64,000 nt of DNA, from NCBI GenBank assembly GCA_051532035.1, contig JAOPTW010000010.1, positions 1-64,000 on the forward strand. The letters are read 5' to 3'. The DNA is from Fibrobacterales bacterium (lineage in GTDB: Bacteria > Fibrobacterota > Fibrobacteria > Fibrobacterales > JAOPTW01). The notes beneath the pieces were generated by a model. The model saw only the letters and a program-made list of their open reading frames with translations, made no database searches and had not been told where the DNA came from. The position numbers were made by a program, and so were the translations under genes. Shown one piece after another: positions 47,501 through 56,152 of the stretch (positions are counted from its first letter, which is position 1; each line of letters opens with the position of its first letter).

Positions 47501-50500
47501 ATAAGTGACTCAACTCAGCTAGACCCCAACTTCTCACTTCAAAGTGATGCAGAAATTTCTCTCTCTTTTAGAGAGAAGGGCCTTTATGAGATTACCGCCT
47601 TCGACTCAACCTATACCTTTAATGTCCATGGTGACACCAACGCTCAAGAAGCTTTTGATGGCGTCTATTTTTACCTTGAAGGTACCGGTAATCCCGCTCG
47701 TGTTATTGTAGAAGAGACTACAGGATTCTGGAATAAAAAACTCATCTATTATGGTACTGATTCCACATTCTCTCTTCCTGTGAGTCAGTCAACTTTTGTA
47801 TCGGGTAACTATACTGAAGAGTTTACACAATTAAATGCAGGTCAGCGTTACTACTATAAAGTTGTTCCGCAAAACATTGCTGATGTAGATAAAGACTTTA
47901 CTATACGGCACCAACAAGGTGGAACCCTTGTAATAATATCACAATTTGGAACAGTTCATCCTGTCACTCTCTTTACCATGTATCCAGGTGAGTCTCAGCA
48001 ACTTATTGTCAATGCCAATGATGGTTTTAACTTCGACCATTGGAGTGTTGACAGTGGAGCAATTAATTATAGTCAAGGGAATTCAACATCAACAAATATT
48101 ACTATTGAAGCAACTACTCTTCCTGTAATTCTCAGAGCTCACTACACTTTAGCTCCAGGCGCTACCCCATCTCTCACTATTGGAAAACCTGATATAAGCG
48201 ACCATCCAACTATTTGTGTTTCTGCCCAAGTAAAAGATACAACGAACTCCACGAGCCCCTTTTACTTTACTGGCCTCGATACTTCCAATTTTACCGTTTG
48301 GCAAGATCACAATACAAGTCCACCTTTAGTAGAAAGCAATAACATTGTAAGACCAATACATGTTACTGCAGAATTGATGGGGATTAATGTATCACTTGTT
48401 GTAGATGAAAGTGGATCAATGGGGCCTAATATGAATAACCTAATGCCTGCTGCAAAAGCAGCAGTTAATGATTTCATAGGAGGAATGGCTACCTTTGATA
48501 AAACAGGAATAGTTGGTTTCGATGGTAGCGATTCAACGACACTTCATTCTAGAATGACTTCTGACACCATTGCACTGCATCGTGCTGCTATAAATTTAGA
48601 AGCCACGGGAGGAACAGATATTATCGATGGTGCATTTGGTGGGTTAGAAAATATTAAAAATGAAGTAGGTCCTAAAACTTTGATTGTATTTAGTGATGGA
48701 GATGATTATACGAATGATCATCTCATTGAAGATGTACGTGACACTGCCTTAAAATATGACATTGCAATCTACGCCATTGGTCTAGAAAACAACATGGACT
48801 CTGAATGGAATTCTGTTTGCTCCCAAACTGGTGGCGAAGTTTGGAATAATACAAACCGAAGCCAACTCTCACTCCTCTATCAAGCTATTCGCAGTAAAGT
48901 ATTAGCCCAATACAAAATATGTTACGAATCACCCGACAAAGTGTTTAATGGGGATACCAACGATGTCGCTATTGAAGTTGATATTTTTGGCAGTACCTCA
49001 AGGGATACAACATGGTGGGATGAAACGAACGAACCTCCCGTTGTAGTACTTACCGACTCTACTGCAATACTCTCAGGAAGAAACAACCCAATCTATCAAG
49101 CGATTCCTATAGAAGCAGTTGTCACCGATGATGGTATTATTGCCCATGTTGATCTCTATTATCGTGAAACAGGTAATGGGACCTATAGTTCAATCCCAAT
49201 GCACCGAACAAGTGGCGATACATTTCAAGCAGTAATACCTTCAAATTCAGTAATAAGACCTGGAGTAGATTACTATATAATAGCTCGAGATAGTTATAAT
49301 CTTAATGGCAAATCCCCTAAAGTACAATACCCATGGGCGACCCCACACCAACTCTGGGTTGATAATAGTGGTCCTACCATTGAAATTAATGATATTGGCT
49401 GCTATTTAAAAGGTGCTTCATCCATTACAATTTCAGGTAAAACATGGGACTCTGATGATATTGGTAAAATAGAGATCCATTACAAATACCTCGGTGACCC
49501 ATTTTATATGGTAGACAGTCTTAACTGGATGACCCGTGATTCTAGTTTTAGCACCACACTCTCGACTCTTAATAAGGATAGTCTCGTCTATTATGTTTCT
49601 AGTAAAGACACCTATGGCCTTACGAGTCGCTATCCCGACACAACGGTATTAATTGCTTATCAATGTCTTGATATCGATACCACTCAAGCACTCCTACTCC
49701 CTTCTAAAGTTGCAACTGATACCTTGTTTGATGACACCACTTGGGTCTCTTTACATTCTGAAAGTGACACCCTCTATAGTGGCATAGAAATTTATTACAC
49801 TACCGATACCAATCAAATACTCAGCTATAGTTCTCCCCATCTTACCAGTGGTGATTCAATTTTTATCGATTCTACTACTACTCTTACCATGATTGCAACT
49901 TACAATGGATCAAAAAGCGACACAACCCTGAGAACCTTTTATAAAAGGGCCCCTCTCTTACCACCGTGGCTCGTTAAAGCAAATGATAACCATTTCCCTG
50001 ATTCATTATTTGCAGACACACTCAGACTTGTTGTTAAATCGAGAGATAGCCTTGTTCCTGGAATGACCATCTGGTATAGTACCGATACGAGTTCATCGAG
50101 AACATATACCAGCATTGACCACAATGATACTCTTATCATTAGTGATTCCACACAGTTTATTCTATTCGAGACCGCGCCTCATTCATACAATAGTGACACC
50201 GCATACTATAACTACTATACTGCTGCCGCATCTCCTGATCCATTTATGATTTTAGCTGGGGATACCATTAGAGATACCGTCTTTTTTCAGGACAGCGTCT
50301 GCTTTGCTCTAGAAAATGGACTTGACAGCACTACTATTGGCGAATCTACCGTAGCAACAACATATTTTCCACACAAAATTAACGCTGGCGACACCCTTTG
50401 TGTTAATAAGAATACATCCCTGTATGCTCAAGCATATTCAAAAGGATTTTCGCAAAGTAATATTATCAACTGGACTTTCGTGCACTATGAGAAAACACCG

Positions 50501-53500
50501 AAACCAACGATTGTACCAAGCCAAAAACATTTTGAAACGGTCTGGCTCGATGTCACTATTACACATCCTGATACTGCCGCTCGTATATATTATACACTTG
50601 ATACAACTCTCATACTTGATAGTACTACCGGTATTCCTTATCACTATTCATTAATTGAACGTGATACCCTCAAAATTACCGAAACAACAACTGTTTCTGC
50701 TATAGCCTATATGGAAGGAAGAAAAAATTTAGTAAGTAACATCGATAGACAGACTTTCCATAAAGACTCGATCTTTACCAAAGTTTTTGTTACCGATACC
50801 ACTGGAGATACTCTCGCAATATGGGATAACGGTTCACTCCTTTCAAACAAAGCACTCACAGAGTTAAACAACCAGTTTAACATTGTCGCAAATACCAATA
50901 TGCCTCGTATTGATACAATGCAATGGCATTTCTCTTTCTCTGAGTCAAAAGACTCCTTAACACTTTTTAGTAGCGACCCCACAATTTCATTTGAAACCAT
51001 AGAATTTTTGAGTGGCCCAAATCAAATTTATGTAAGAGAGGAGTTTATGAATAATCCAAACCTTCTCGAATCCCGTATATTTGACACACTCAATATCTGG
51101 TACCAAAACCCATTCATTGACAATGACACTATTTCCCTTTCGATCCCCATACGTCCATCACCAAGACCTTCAAAGTTAATTGTTAATGATAGCCCATTAA
51201 AAACAGAACCTGATTCACTGATTGTCCCAAGTACCGATATGTTATATGTGACTGTCTTTGATCAATTGGGCAGTCGAGATTCTACCTATGAAATCACAGT
51301 AACGACCAAACCACATATCGTATCACAAGAACCAGATACCCTTGTTACAACACTTACGCCACTTATTAATACATCAGACAAATACCGTCTAGAGAATGGA
51401 GATGAATATCACTCTACATTTGAGCTCAGCCTCCTTCAAGAGACCTACCAAGATAGTGCACTTGATTTACGCCCTGGAGACACAATTATGGTGACCTATA
51501 AAGACCCTATTGAAGGGGATTCGGTTTCAGTTTACCTTATTTATGATAGTGTCACTGAAAAAATCGGGGCAATTACCATTATTGACAAAAACCTCGATAC
51601 TCTCTCCTTAGGTGCCATCATCAATGGTAGGGATGATTCGCTCAGTATTGTATTTTCTGATGACTACCTCTATAACCTACAAATGAATACAGAGGCTCTT
51701 GTCTATTCATACGATTCAATAGGAGGTTTTACCGATACACTACGCATGCACCTTTCTCTTGATCAGGATAGTTTAAACTGGAGTGCAGTTCTCCCTCTCA
51801 ATAATGATCGATCTTCCGATATTAATAACAATACTCTTGATTGGTATCAAAAAAGCAGTGTGACCATTGCAGTTCCAACACATAACTCAAGGGGAGTTAT
51901 TGAAGACACCCTCTATTTAAATTACACTATTGCCATACCAAATCAGACACCTACAATTACACCAAGGGATACCCTTGAAACGCGTGATTCAATTATCCGT
52001 GATACGAGAGCCATCACCCTCAGTATCACGGATCAGAGCTTCTCTCGCTTTGTTGACACCCTTACTGCAACTGTCAGCTGTATCAATTCAGGAGACATAG
52101 AAACCGGGCGCACTTTGATAGAAAGTGATTCCACAAGTGGCTTGTTTCAACTCCTATCGGTACTTCCAAAAAATGAACGTACCTTAGCTCAAAATAACGA
52201 TTCGTTACAGTGTGCTATTAACGACATCATTGAGGTTACTTATGTAGATCCTATCTATGGAGATACCACAAAAAATCAGGCAGCATTTAGTGATAGTATT
52301 ACTAATACTCTCTTTTTTATGAATGATTCAATAGGAATAATGGATACGCTTTATTCAGCCAATAGAGCTATTGTACCTATACGTGCCACTGCACTGAGTC
52401 CATCTCTCGATGCAATTGATTCGCTTCAAATAACAGTCACTAACGACCATGGAGATACATTACTCATATGGCTTTATGAAACGAAGATCTATTCAAGCAT
52501 CTATAGTGGTGTGGTGCCATTTGAATTTACAACTGCCGTAAGTAATGTGTTGGATAGCAGTATTACTGCTCCTCTCAATTATAATTCTACAGTTAATAAT
52601 GCAACTGTCACTGCTCAATTTGTAGAAGACCCATTGGTAACGGCTCACTTTACAGCTCTCTCTCTCTACAAAATATTTAATAATGCGATAATGATAGATA
52701 CCGATAGAAATGGCTATGCTGATGCAATCTATCTTGACTTTAGTGGCCCTCTTGCTTTACTTCCTCTAGAGCTCACTGAATTTTTCTGGAGTTTTAATGA
52801 TACTATTGCTTCATTCCCTATATTAAAAGTGAATATATCCTATAATCTCATTGATGAAGCTGTTGACTCAACGAGAGTAATTATTGACCTGAGTGATATT
52901 GAAATGGAATTGCTAGAAACCGCTCTCTGTACTCTTTCAGCACCGCATATTACACTTCCACAAAGTAATTATTTTGGTGGACGCTCTCAGAACCTTATTG
53001 ATAGCGTCTCCCCTCGTATTATCTCGGTTATTAAAACGCCAAGTGAAAAAAGCAGTGAACAGAAATTAAGTGGTGGCAAAGTTAAACCTGACATGTTCGA
53101 GTTTACCTTTTCGGAAGCAATATACTTTGATCTAGCACAATCAGAGAGTATCTGGATGCAACAGTTCTCATACAGCCCTAGCTGTAATGATCACACAACT
53201 GCTCTCACCATTGAATCTGTTACTGCAACTTCTACAGAACGGAAGAGGTGGATTGTCGAAATTGATGAAAACATTCCTCTTACTCGCGGTTGTATTACCG
53301 TCAACCCAGATTCACTCCTCATTAATGATTCCCTACACAATGTTATAGGAACTTCTCCTGTACAAATTACAGGTAAAGATCGTGGAAAGCCTGCAAAAGT
53401 TAAAATGAAAAACCCAGTTGCCGGTGTTCCGGGACCTACTGCGACCTATTTTGTACCTGGTACTGATATTGAAGAAATCATTCCTGACACCCTTGCGGTA

Positions 53501-53782
53501 CTCACCATAGTTGCAAAAGAGCGCTATGTTGCCAAAGTTAATATTTTTGATAATATGGGTAATTACATTCAGACACTAGAAACAGTTTTTGGAGATGCAG
53601 GTGAATTTGATCAGGTTGCTCGAGCAACAGAAGATGGTTCAGTTAACCACATTCTTTGGAACGAAAAAGCATCTAATGGAACATATGTAGGGTCGGGAGT
53701 CTACATTTGGATTGTCACCCTCTACTATGATTCGGGTAACGTTGATAGCTTTACAGTATTATCTGGAGTTCTCAGAAAATAA
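44534..53782 (+). CDS. Giant secreted adhesin-like protein: F5/8-C (CBM32), 12 InlB-B/Flg_new-like repeats, VWA, Fn3-associated/Ig-like domains, shared C-terminal domain
   Basis: Signal peptide; NAFDGD..SRWAS...WLMVDL; 12 x GGTV...A.P..GY.FSHW..SG; MIDAS VVDESGSM, VFSDG, QTGG; ARIYYTLD; WNEKASNGTYVGSGVY...GVLRK. Confidence 0.88.
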   Translation: MHTFKKLLLLSIFIAILYPLNAFGQDIAQGKTYDSSPIEIGTPVDEFIPENAFDGDNTTSRWASEHSATPQWLMVDLENIYQISDIAIYWEDAYAIDYRVEVSLDNTTWTVIDDLANQNGGTDRFTLNEYAQYVRVYCTKRRSFTYGTFGYSLYTLEVEGIATTTTSITAQTGGTVTPTNDIILTTGTGSPITATPNIGYTFRQWNIISGDPDIASTIQASTTITPQSNSVIEAEFFPHWEYSLSATTGGSIVLPTSGTIEQGLSTTISAQVAPGYYFVGWEVVTGAATFGSATTLSTSITPSIDCTVRANFLKFDIVTIQPGIGGTTLPLNTISIVQGGSDVVTATGDIGYYFSHWVTLSGTISYSDSLVFNPTLTPTGDATIQPVFLERSTLTLTSAGNGTLNIAQQVNLKPSDITHIVATPSTDYSFSHWSVDSGTVHITDTQVASTTVSIDDNAHLIAHFVLNQWKFTLSSSGGGTVNPAGQSLLDAGSFHPISATPDPLYSFWGWQIDSGNATFQDPLVNSSNGVQLLDSTLITALFAQKKNLTILTDGNGSVATSSIVADSASSVPITAHSTIHGYIFSHWTVDSGTLTVNNNTDSISTVSVHSDGTITAHFTPVYAIYMNAGAGGTVVSDSLYPTIAGTPYPISATALSNNYFSHWTLTSGTAVITNSALAATSVTIDNANPSNVSVTANFVPAVRLTVNTSANGSITYPISGFINNINPLLNSQTITAHSDNYYEFSHWEVVSGTATITNANAISTPITITTDAEVLAHYTPRMFDANILSNIGGTVTPAGIQSLQEYLDTIPITAQPDSGYIFKEWSGTSGSHITQSNNATTSLYITNNTSVTATFEPFYKVAILVDSNGTTSDTLIENLLTSKDSLIIATPDSGYSFSHWSVDNGAVVLANSQSATTRVQLNSDGGITAHFVKEYTLTIDSSSIGLIKDHNSIDVDTLIVGENFVFNLYANALPRFIFENWEVIFGSITISDSTQLDPNFSLQSDAEISLSFREKGLYEITAFDSTYTFNVHGDTNAQEAFDGVYFYLEGTGNPARVIVEETTGFWNKKLIYYGTDSTFSLPVSQSTFVSGNYTEEFTQLNAGQRYYYKVVPQNIADVDKDFTIRHQQGGTLVIISQFGTVHPVTLFTMYPGESQQLIVNANDGFNFDHWSVDSGAINYSQGNSTSTNITIEATTLPVILRAHYTLAPGATPSLTIGKPDISDHPTICVSAQVKDTTNSTSPFYFTGLDTSNFTVWQDHNTSPPLVESNNIVRPIHVTAELMGINVSLVVDESGSMGPNMNNLMPAAKAAVNDFIGGMATFDKTGIVGFDGSDSTTLHSRMTSDTIALHRAAINLEATGGTDIIDGAFGGLENIKNEVGPKTLIVFSDGDDYTNDHLIEDVRDTALKYDIAIYAIGLENNMDSEWNSVCSQTGGEVWNNTNRSQLSLLYQAIRSKVLAQYKICYESPDKVFNGDTNDVAIEVDIFGSTSRDTTWWDETNEPPVVVLTDSTAILSGRNNPIYQAIPIEAVVTDDGIIAHVDLYYRETGNGTYSSIPMHRTSGDTFQAVIPSNSVIRPGVDYYIIARDSYNLNGKSPKVQYPWATPHQLWVDNSGPTIEINDIGCYLKGASSITISGKTWDSDDIGKIEIHYKYLGDPFYMVDSLNWMTRDSSFSTTLSTLNKDSLVYYVSSKDTYGLTSRYPDTTVLIAYQCLDIDTTQALLLPSKVATDTLFDDTTWVSLHSESDTLYSGIEIYYTTDTNQILSYSSPHLTSGDSIFIDSTTTLTMIATYNGSKSDTTLRTFYKRAPLLPPWLVKANDNHFPDSLFADTLRLVVKSRDSLVPGMTIWYSTDTSSSRTYTSIDHNDTLIISDSTQFILFETAPHSYNSDTAYYNYYTAAASPDPFMILAGDTIRDTVFFQDSVCFALENGLDSTTIGESTVATTYFPHKINAGDTLCVNKNTSLYAQAYSKGFSQSNIINWTFVHYEKTPKPTIVPSQKHFETVWLDVTITHPDTAARIYYTLDTTLILDSTTGIPYHYSLIERDTLKITETTTVSAIAYMEGRKNLVSNIDRQTFHKDSIFTKVFVTDTTGDTLAIWDNGSLLSNKALTELNNQFNIVANTNMPRIDTMQWHFSFSESKDSLTLFSSDPTISFETIEFLSGPNQIYVREEFMNNPNLLESRIFDTLNIWYQNPFIDNDTISLSIPIRPSPRPSKLIVNDSPLKTEPDSLIVPSTDMLYVTVFDQLGSRDSTYEITVTTKPHIVSQEPDTLVTTLTPLINTSDKYRLENGDEYHSTFELSLLQETYQDSALDLRPGDTIMVTYKDPIEGDSVSVYLIYDSVTEKIGAITIIDKNLDTLSLGAIINGRDDSLSIVFSDDYLYNLQMNTEALVYSYDSIGGFTDTLRMHLSLDQDSLNWSAVLPLNNDRSSDINNNTLDWYQKSSVTIAVPTHNSRGVIEDTLYLNYTIAIPNQTPTITPRDTLETRDSIIRDTRAITLSITDQSFSRFVDTLTATVSCINSGDIETGRTLIESDSTSGLFQLLSVLPKNERTLAQNNDSLQCAINDIIEVTYVDPIYGDTTKNQAAFSDSITNTLFFMNDSIGIMDTLYSANRAIVPIRATALSPSLDAIDSLQITVTNDHGDTLLIWLYETKIYSSIYSGVVPFEFTTAVSNVLDSSITAPLNYNSTVNNATVTAQFVEDPLVTAHFTALSLYKIFNNAIMIDTDRNGYADAIYLDFSGPLALLPLELTEFFWSFNDTIASFPILKVNISYNLIDEAVDSTRVIIDLSDIEMELLETALCTLSAPHITLPQSNYFGGRSQNLIDSVSPRIISVIKTPSEKSSEQKLSGGKVKPDMFEFTFSEAIYFDLAQSESIWMQQFSYSPSCNDHTTALTIESVTATSTERKRWIVEIDENIPLTRGCITVNPDSLLINDSLHNVIGTSPVQITGKDRGKPAKVKMKNPVAGVPGPTATYFVPGTDIEEIIPDTLAVLTIVAKERYVAKVNIFDNMGNYIQTLETVFGDAGEFDQVARATEDGSVNHILWNEKASNGTYVGSGVYIWIVTLYYDSGNVDSFTVLSGVLRK

Positions 53783-53820
53783 TTTTGATCAAGATATCTT
53801 ACAATAATTGACAACACTTC

Positions 53821-53867
53821 AATAAATAAGGGCTTTGACACTCACTGTGCCAAAGCCCTTATTTATT
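53821..53867. terminator. Bidirectional terminator
   Basis: AATAAATAAGGGCTTTG...CAAAGCCCTTATTTATT 17-bp inverted repeat between convergent genes. Confidence 0.85.
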
Positions 53868-53868
53868 T

Positions 53869-54396
53869 TTATGCCGATGGATTTTTATATTTATCCATAA
53901 TAGCATCACTCTGTGCCTTGAGTGCATCAAGATCGCTATTTCTGTCATAGCTAAATTCTTCTGTTTTTTCACCAGCATGAAAATACTCTTGCCTTGAAGC
54001 TTGTCGCTTGCTGATAAAATCTTGAGACTTCTCTGATGCTCCCTCTTCAGACGTCACTGTATCTCCGGTACCTTCGGCCTCTTTTGGTGCTTCAGTTTCA
54101 GCCTTCGATGGTTCGGCTACCGGATTTCTATCCGCAATAACAGCATCACTCTTTGCTCTGAGTTCGGCTAATCGAGATGCATTGGGAGATGATGGAGCTG
54201 TAGCAGTACTACTTGTTTGACTCGTTGCTGCATTTTTTGCTTCATCACTGATGTTTACCCGATAGTCTGGCGTTGATTTTTTCTCATCAGTTGCCACTTC
54301 AGGGATTTTACTTTTCCGATCTCCATTAGATTCATAGAACTGTGTTTTACGCGCTTGTTGACGCTGTGATATAATATCAATACTTGAGGTATCCAT
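53869..54396 (-). CDS. Hypothetical hydrophilic protein with internal duplication and FlgM-like DxVxIS motif
   Basis: 175-aa ORF, GGAG SD, upstream sigma-28-type promoter, downstream terminator. Confidence 0.75.
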   Translation of the reverse strand: MDTSSIDIISQRQQARKTQFYESNGDRKSKIPEVATDEKKSTPDYRVNISDEAKNAATSQTSSTATAPSSPNASRLAELRAKSDAVIADRNPVAEPSKAETEAPKEAEGTGDTVTSEEGASEKSQDFISKRQASRQEYFHAGEKTEEFSYDRNSDLDALKAQSDAIMDKYKNPSA

Positions 54397-54454
54397 ACTA
54401 CTTCTCCGATCATTAATGTCCAGCAGGGCTAACCCTACACTCTTCCCATTATAT

Positions 54455-54481
54455 TAATCGGCCATATTCTGGAAAACTTAA
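54455..54481 (-). promoter_or_regulatory. Sigma-28 (FliA) promoter
   Basis: Minus strand TTAAGTTT-N11-GCCGATTA versus consensus TAAAGTTT-N11-GCCGATAA. Confidence 0.7.
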
Positions 54482-54625
54482 GTCTTTTCTGGGTTTTCAA
54501 GAAAACAAAGGGAAGAAGCCCTCCAAAGATGCAATAAGCCTAAAAGTTCTAAAGGAAATAAACTAAAACCGTATGTAACTCAAAGGTTAATACTAGAAAA
54601 GAAGTTAATCACTTTTATGTATATG

Positions 54626-54669
54626 AAAAAAAATCACCCTATGCCACTTGGTATGAGCATAGGGTGATT
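54626..54669 (-). terminator. Intrinsic terminator after the H1-like gene
   Basis: AATCACCCTATGC...GCATAGGGTGATT stem with T-run on the minus strand. Confidence 0.75.
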
Positions 54670-54720
54670 AAAAAATACCACAATAAACGTGTAGCTTAAT
54701 ACTGAAAAGGATTCTCAGGT

Positions 54721-55932
54721 CTACACAGCGCCGTACTCAGGCTCTGCACCACCCTCTTCATCATTCATTAAGCTTAACTGATAATCCATTTTGCGCGCTT
54801 CTTTAGATTCGCCCAAATTGAGGATTTCTGCACAATCTTCACAATACCCAAGGTCTTTATCAATAACAAATCGCTCATCAACAGGAATAACACCACATTT
54901 AGTACACATACGATTTTTAAGAGCACTCATGCTATTCGCATTTTCGTCTTCTAATTCACGTGCAATTCGGGAAATAAGCTCATCCATAGTTTCATCGGAC
55001 TTAGAAGAGCGATTTCGACATGATTTGGTAGGAACCTCTTCCTCTTTACTCTCAATAGAATATTTCTTCTTGTTATTTCGTTCTTCTATTTCATTTAATT
55101 CTGTAAAAAAAGTAGCCCGAGACATTTTTCGGCCATCAAGAACAAATTCCAGATAGGTCTCTTTCGTAAAAAGCTTTTTAGGTTTCTGAGTCTTTTTTGA
55201 CTCTTTTTCAGCCTCTCTCAAAGCTTTTTCTGCCTCTTTTGCATGCCGTTTCTCTTCTTTTTCAACATCTTTCTCTTTCTGTTTTTCTAGACGCTCTATC
55301 TCTTTCTGCTGTTTCAATTTTTCGCGTTCTTTATCTTTGGCAATGCGTTCACGTTCTTTATCTTTAGCCTGTTTATCTTTCTCACGCGCTTTCTCTTTTG
55401 CTAATTTCTCTTTTTCTTTCTGCGCCTTGATTTTGATTTTTTCTCTCTCTTTGGCTAATTTTTCACGTTCTTTTTGCTTTGCAAGTTTCTCTTTATCTGC
55501 TGCTGCTTTTGACTGAGCCTGGCTTGCTGTAGACTTTTTTGCTGCTGCTTTTTTAGTTGTTTTTACAGGTTTCCCCGCTGATTTTGAAGTATTTTTTTTA
55601 GTTGCTTTCGTACTCGCCTTTTTGCTGCTTTTTTTAACAACCTTTTTCGTTACTTTTTTGGTAACCTTTTTTGTTGCTTTCTTAGTGACTTTTTTAGCTG
55701 CTTTTTTAACAACCTTGTTGGCTACTTTCTTAGCTGCCTTTTTTACAACTTTTTTGGCAACCTTTTTTGCTGCTTTTTTCGTACTACTTTTTTTAGCTAC
55801 TGCCTTTTTTACAGCCTTTTTTGCCACTTTCTTAGTTGCTTTTTTTGCTGCTTTCTTAACAGCTTTTTTAGCCACTTTTTTAGTTGCTTTTTTTGGAGAC
55901 TTTTTGGTTGCTTTTTTTGTTGTTTTAGCCAT
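54721..55932 (-). CDS. Histone-H1-like K/A-rich protein with K/E/R coiled coil and C4 zinc finger (DksA/TraR spacing)
   Basis: KKA(T/V/A)KK repeats; EKEK helix; CTKC-x17-CEDC. Confidence 0.8.
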   Translation of the reverse strand: MAKTTKKATKKSPKKATKKVAKKAVKKAAKKATKKVAKKAVKKAVAKKSSTKKAAKKVAKKVVKKAAKKVANKVVKKAAKKVTKKATKKVTKKVTKKVVKKSSKKASTKATKKNTSKSAGKPVKTTKKAAAKKSTASQAQSKAAADKEKLAKQKEREKLAKEREKIKIKAQKEKEKLAKEKAREKDKQAKDKERERIAKDKEREKLKQQKEIERLEKQKEKDVEKEEKRHAKEAEKALREAEKESKKTQKPKKLFTKETYLEFVLDGRKMSRATFFTELNEIEERNNKKKYSIESKEEEVPTKSCRNRSSKSDETMDELISRIARELEDENANSMSALKNRMCTKCGVIPVDERFVIDKDLGYCEDCAEILNLGESKEARKMDYQLSLMNDEEGGAEPEYGAV

Positions 55933-56105
55933 AATTCCTCAGAATTGTTTTTAAACAGAGCTCCCCTATCCGACAGAAGGTTACCCAAAGTAATACAACA
56001 GAAATATACGAAAACTTCACTTTTTTTTAAAGGAGAGTTGTTCAATTTGGAGAATTAAAGGATCTCAAGTTTTAGAACCAGATTCTAGGATAATAGAGCT
56101 AAAAA

Positions 56106-56114
56106 TGTTATCTT
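56106..56114 (+). promoter_or_regulatory. Extended -10 promoter candidate for the lepA operon
   Basis: TGT-TATCTT about 38 bp upstream of lepA. Confidence 0.4.
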
Positions 56115-56152
56115 TGCCCCTACGAACAAGTTTTTAAAAATAAAAGCGGTAG

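Noticed and set aside
55622..55954. Hydrophobic F/L/A/T-rich plus-strand ORF resembling a membrane protein
   Set aside because: Antisense shadow of the Lys/Ala repeats of the H1-like gene.
56109..56116. TATCTTTG as Bacteroidota-type -7 promoter element
   Set aside because: Equally explained as an extended -10 (TGn-TATCTT). Clear Shine-Dalgarno motifs elsewhere argue against Bacteroidota-type expression signals.
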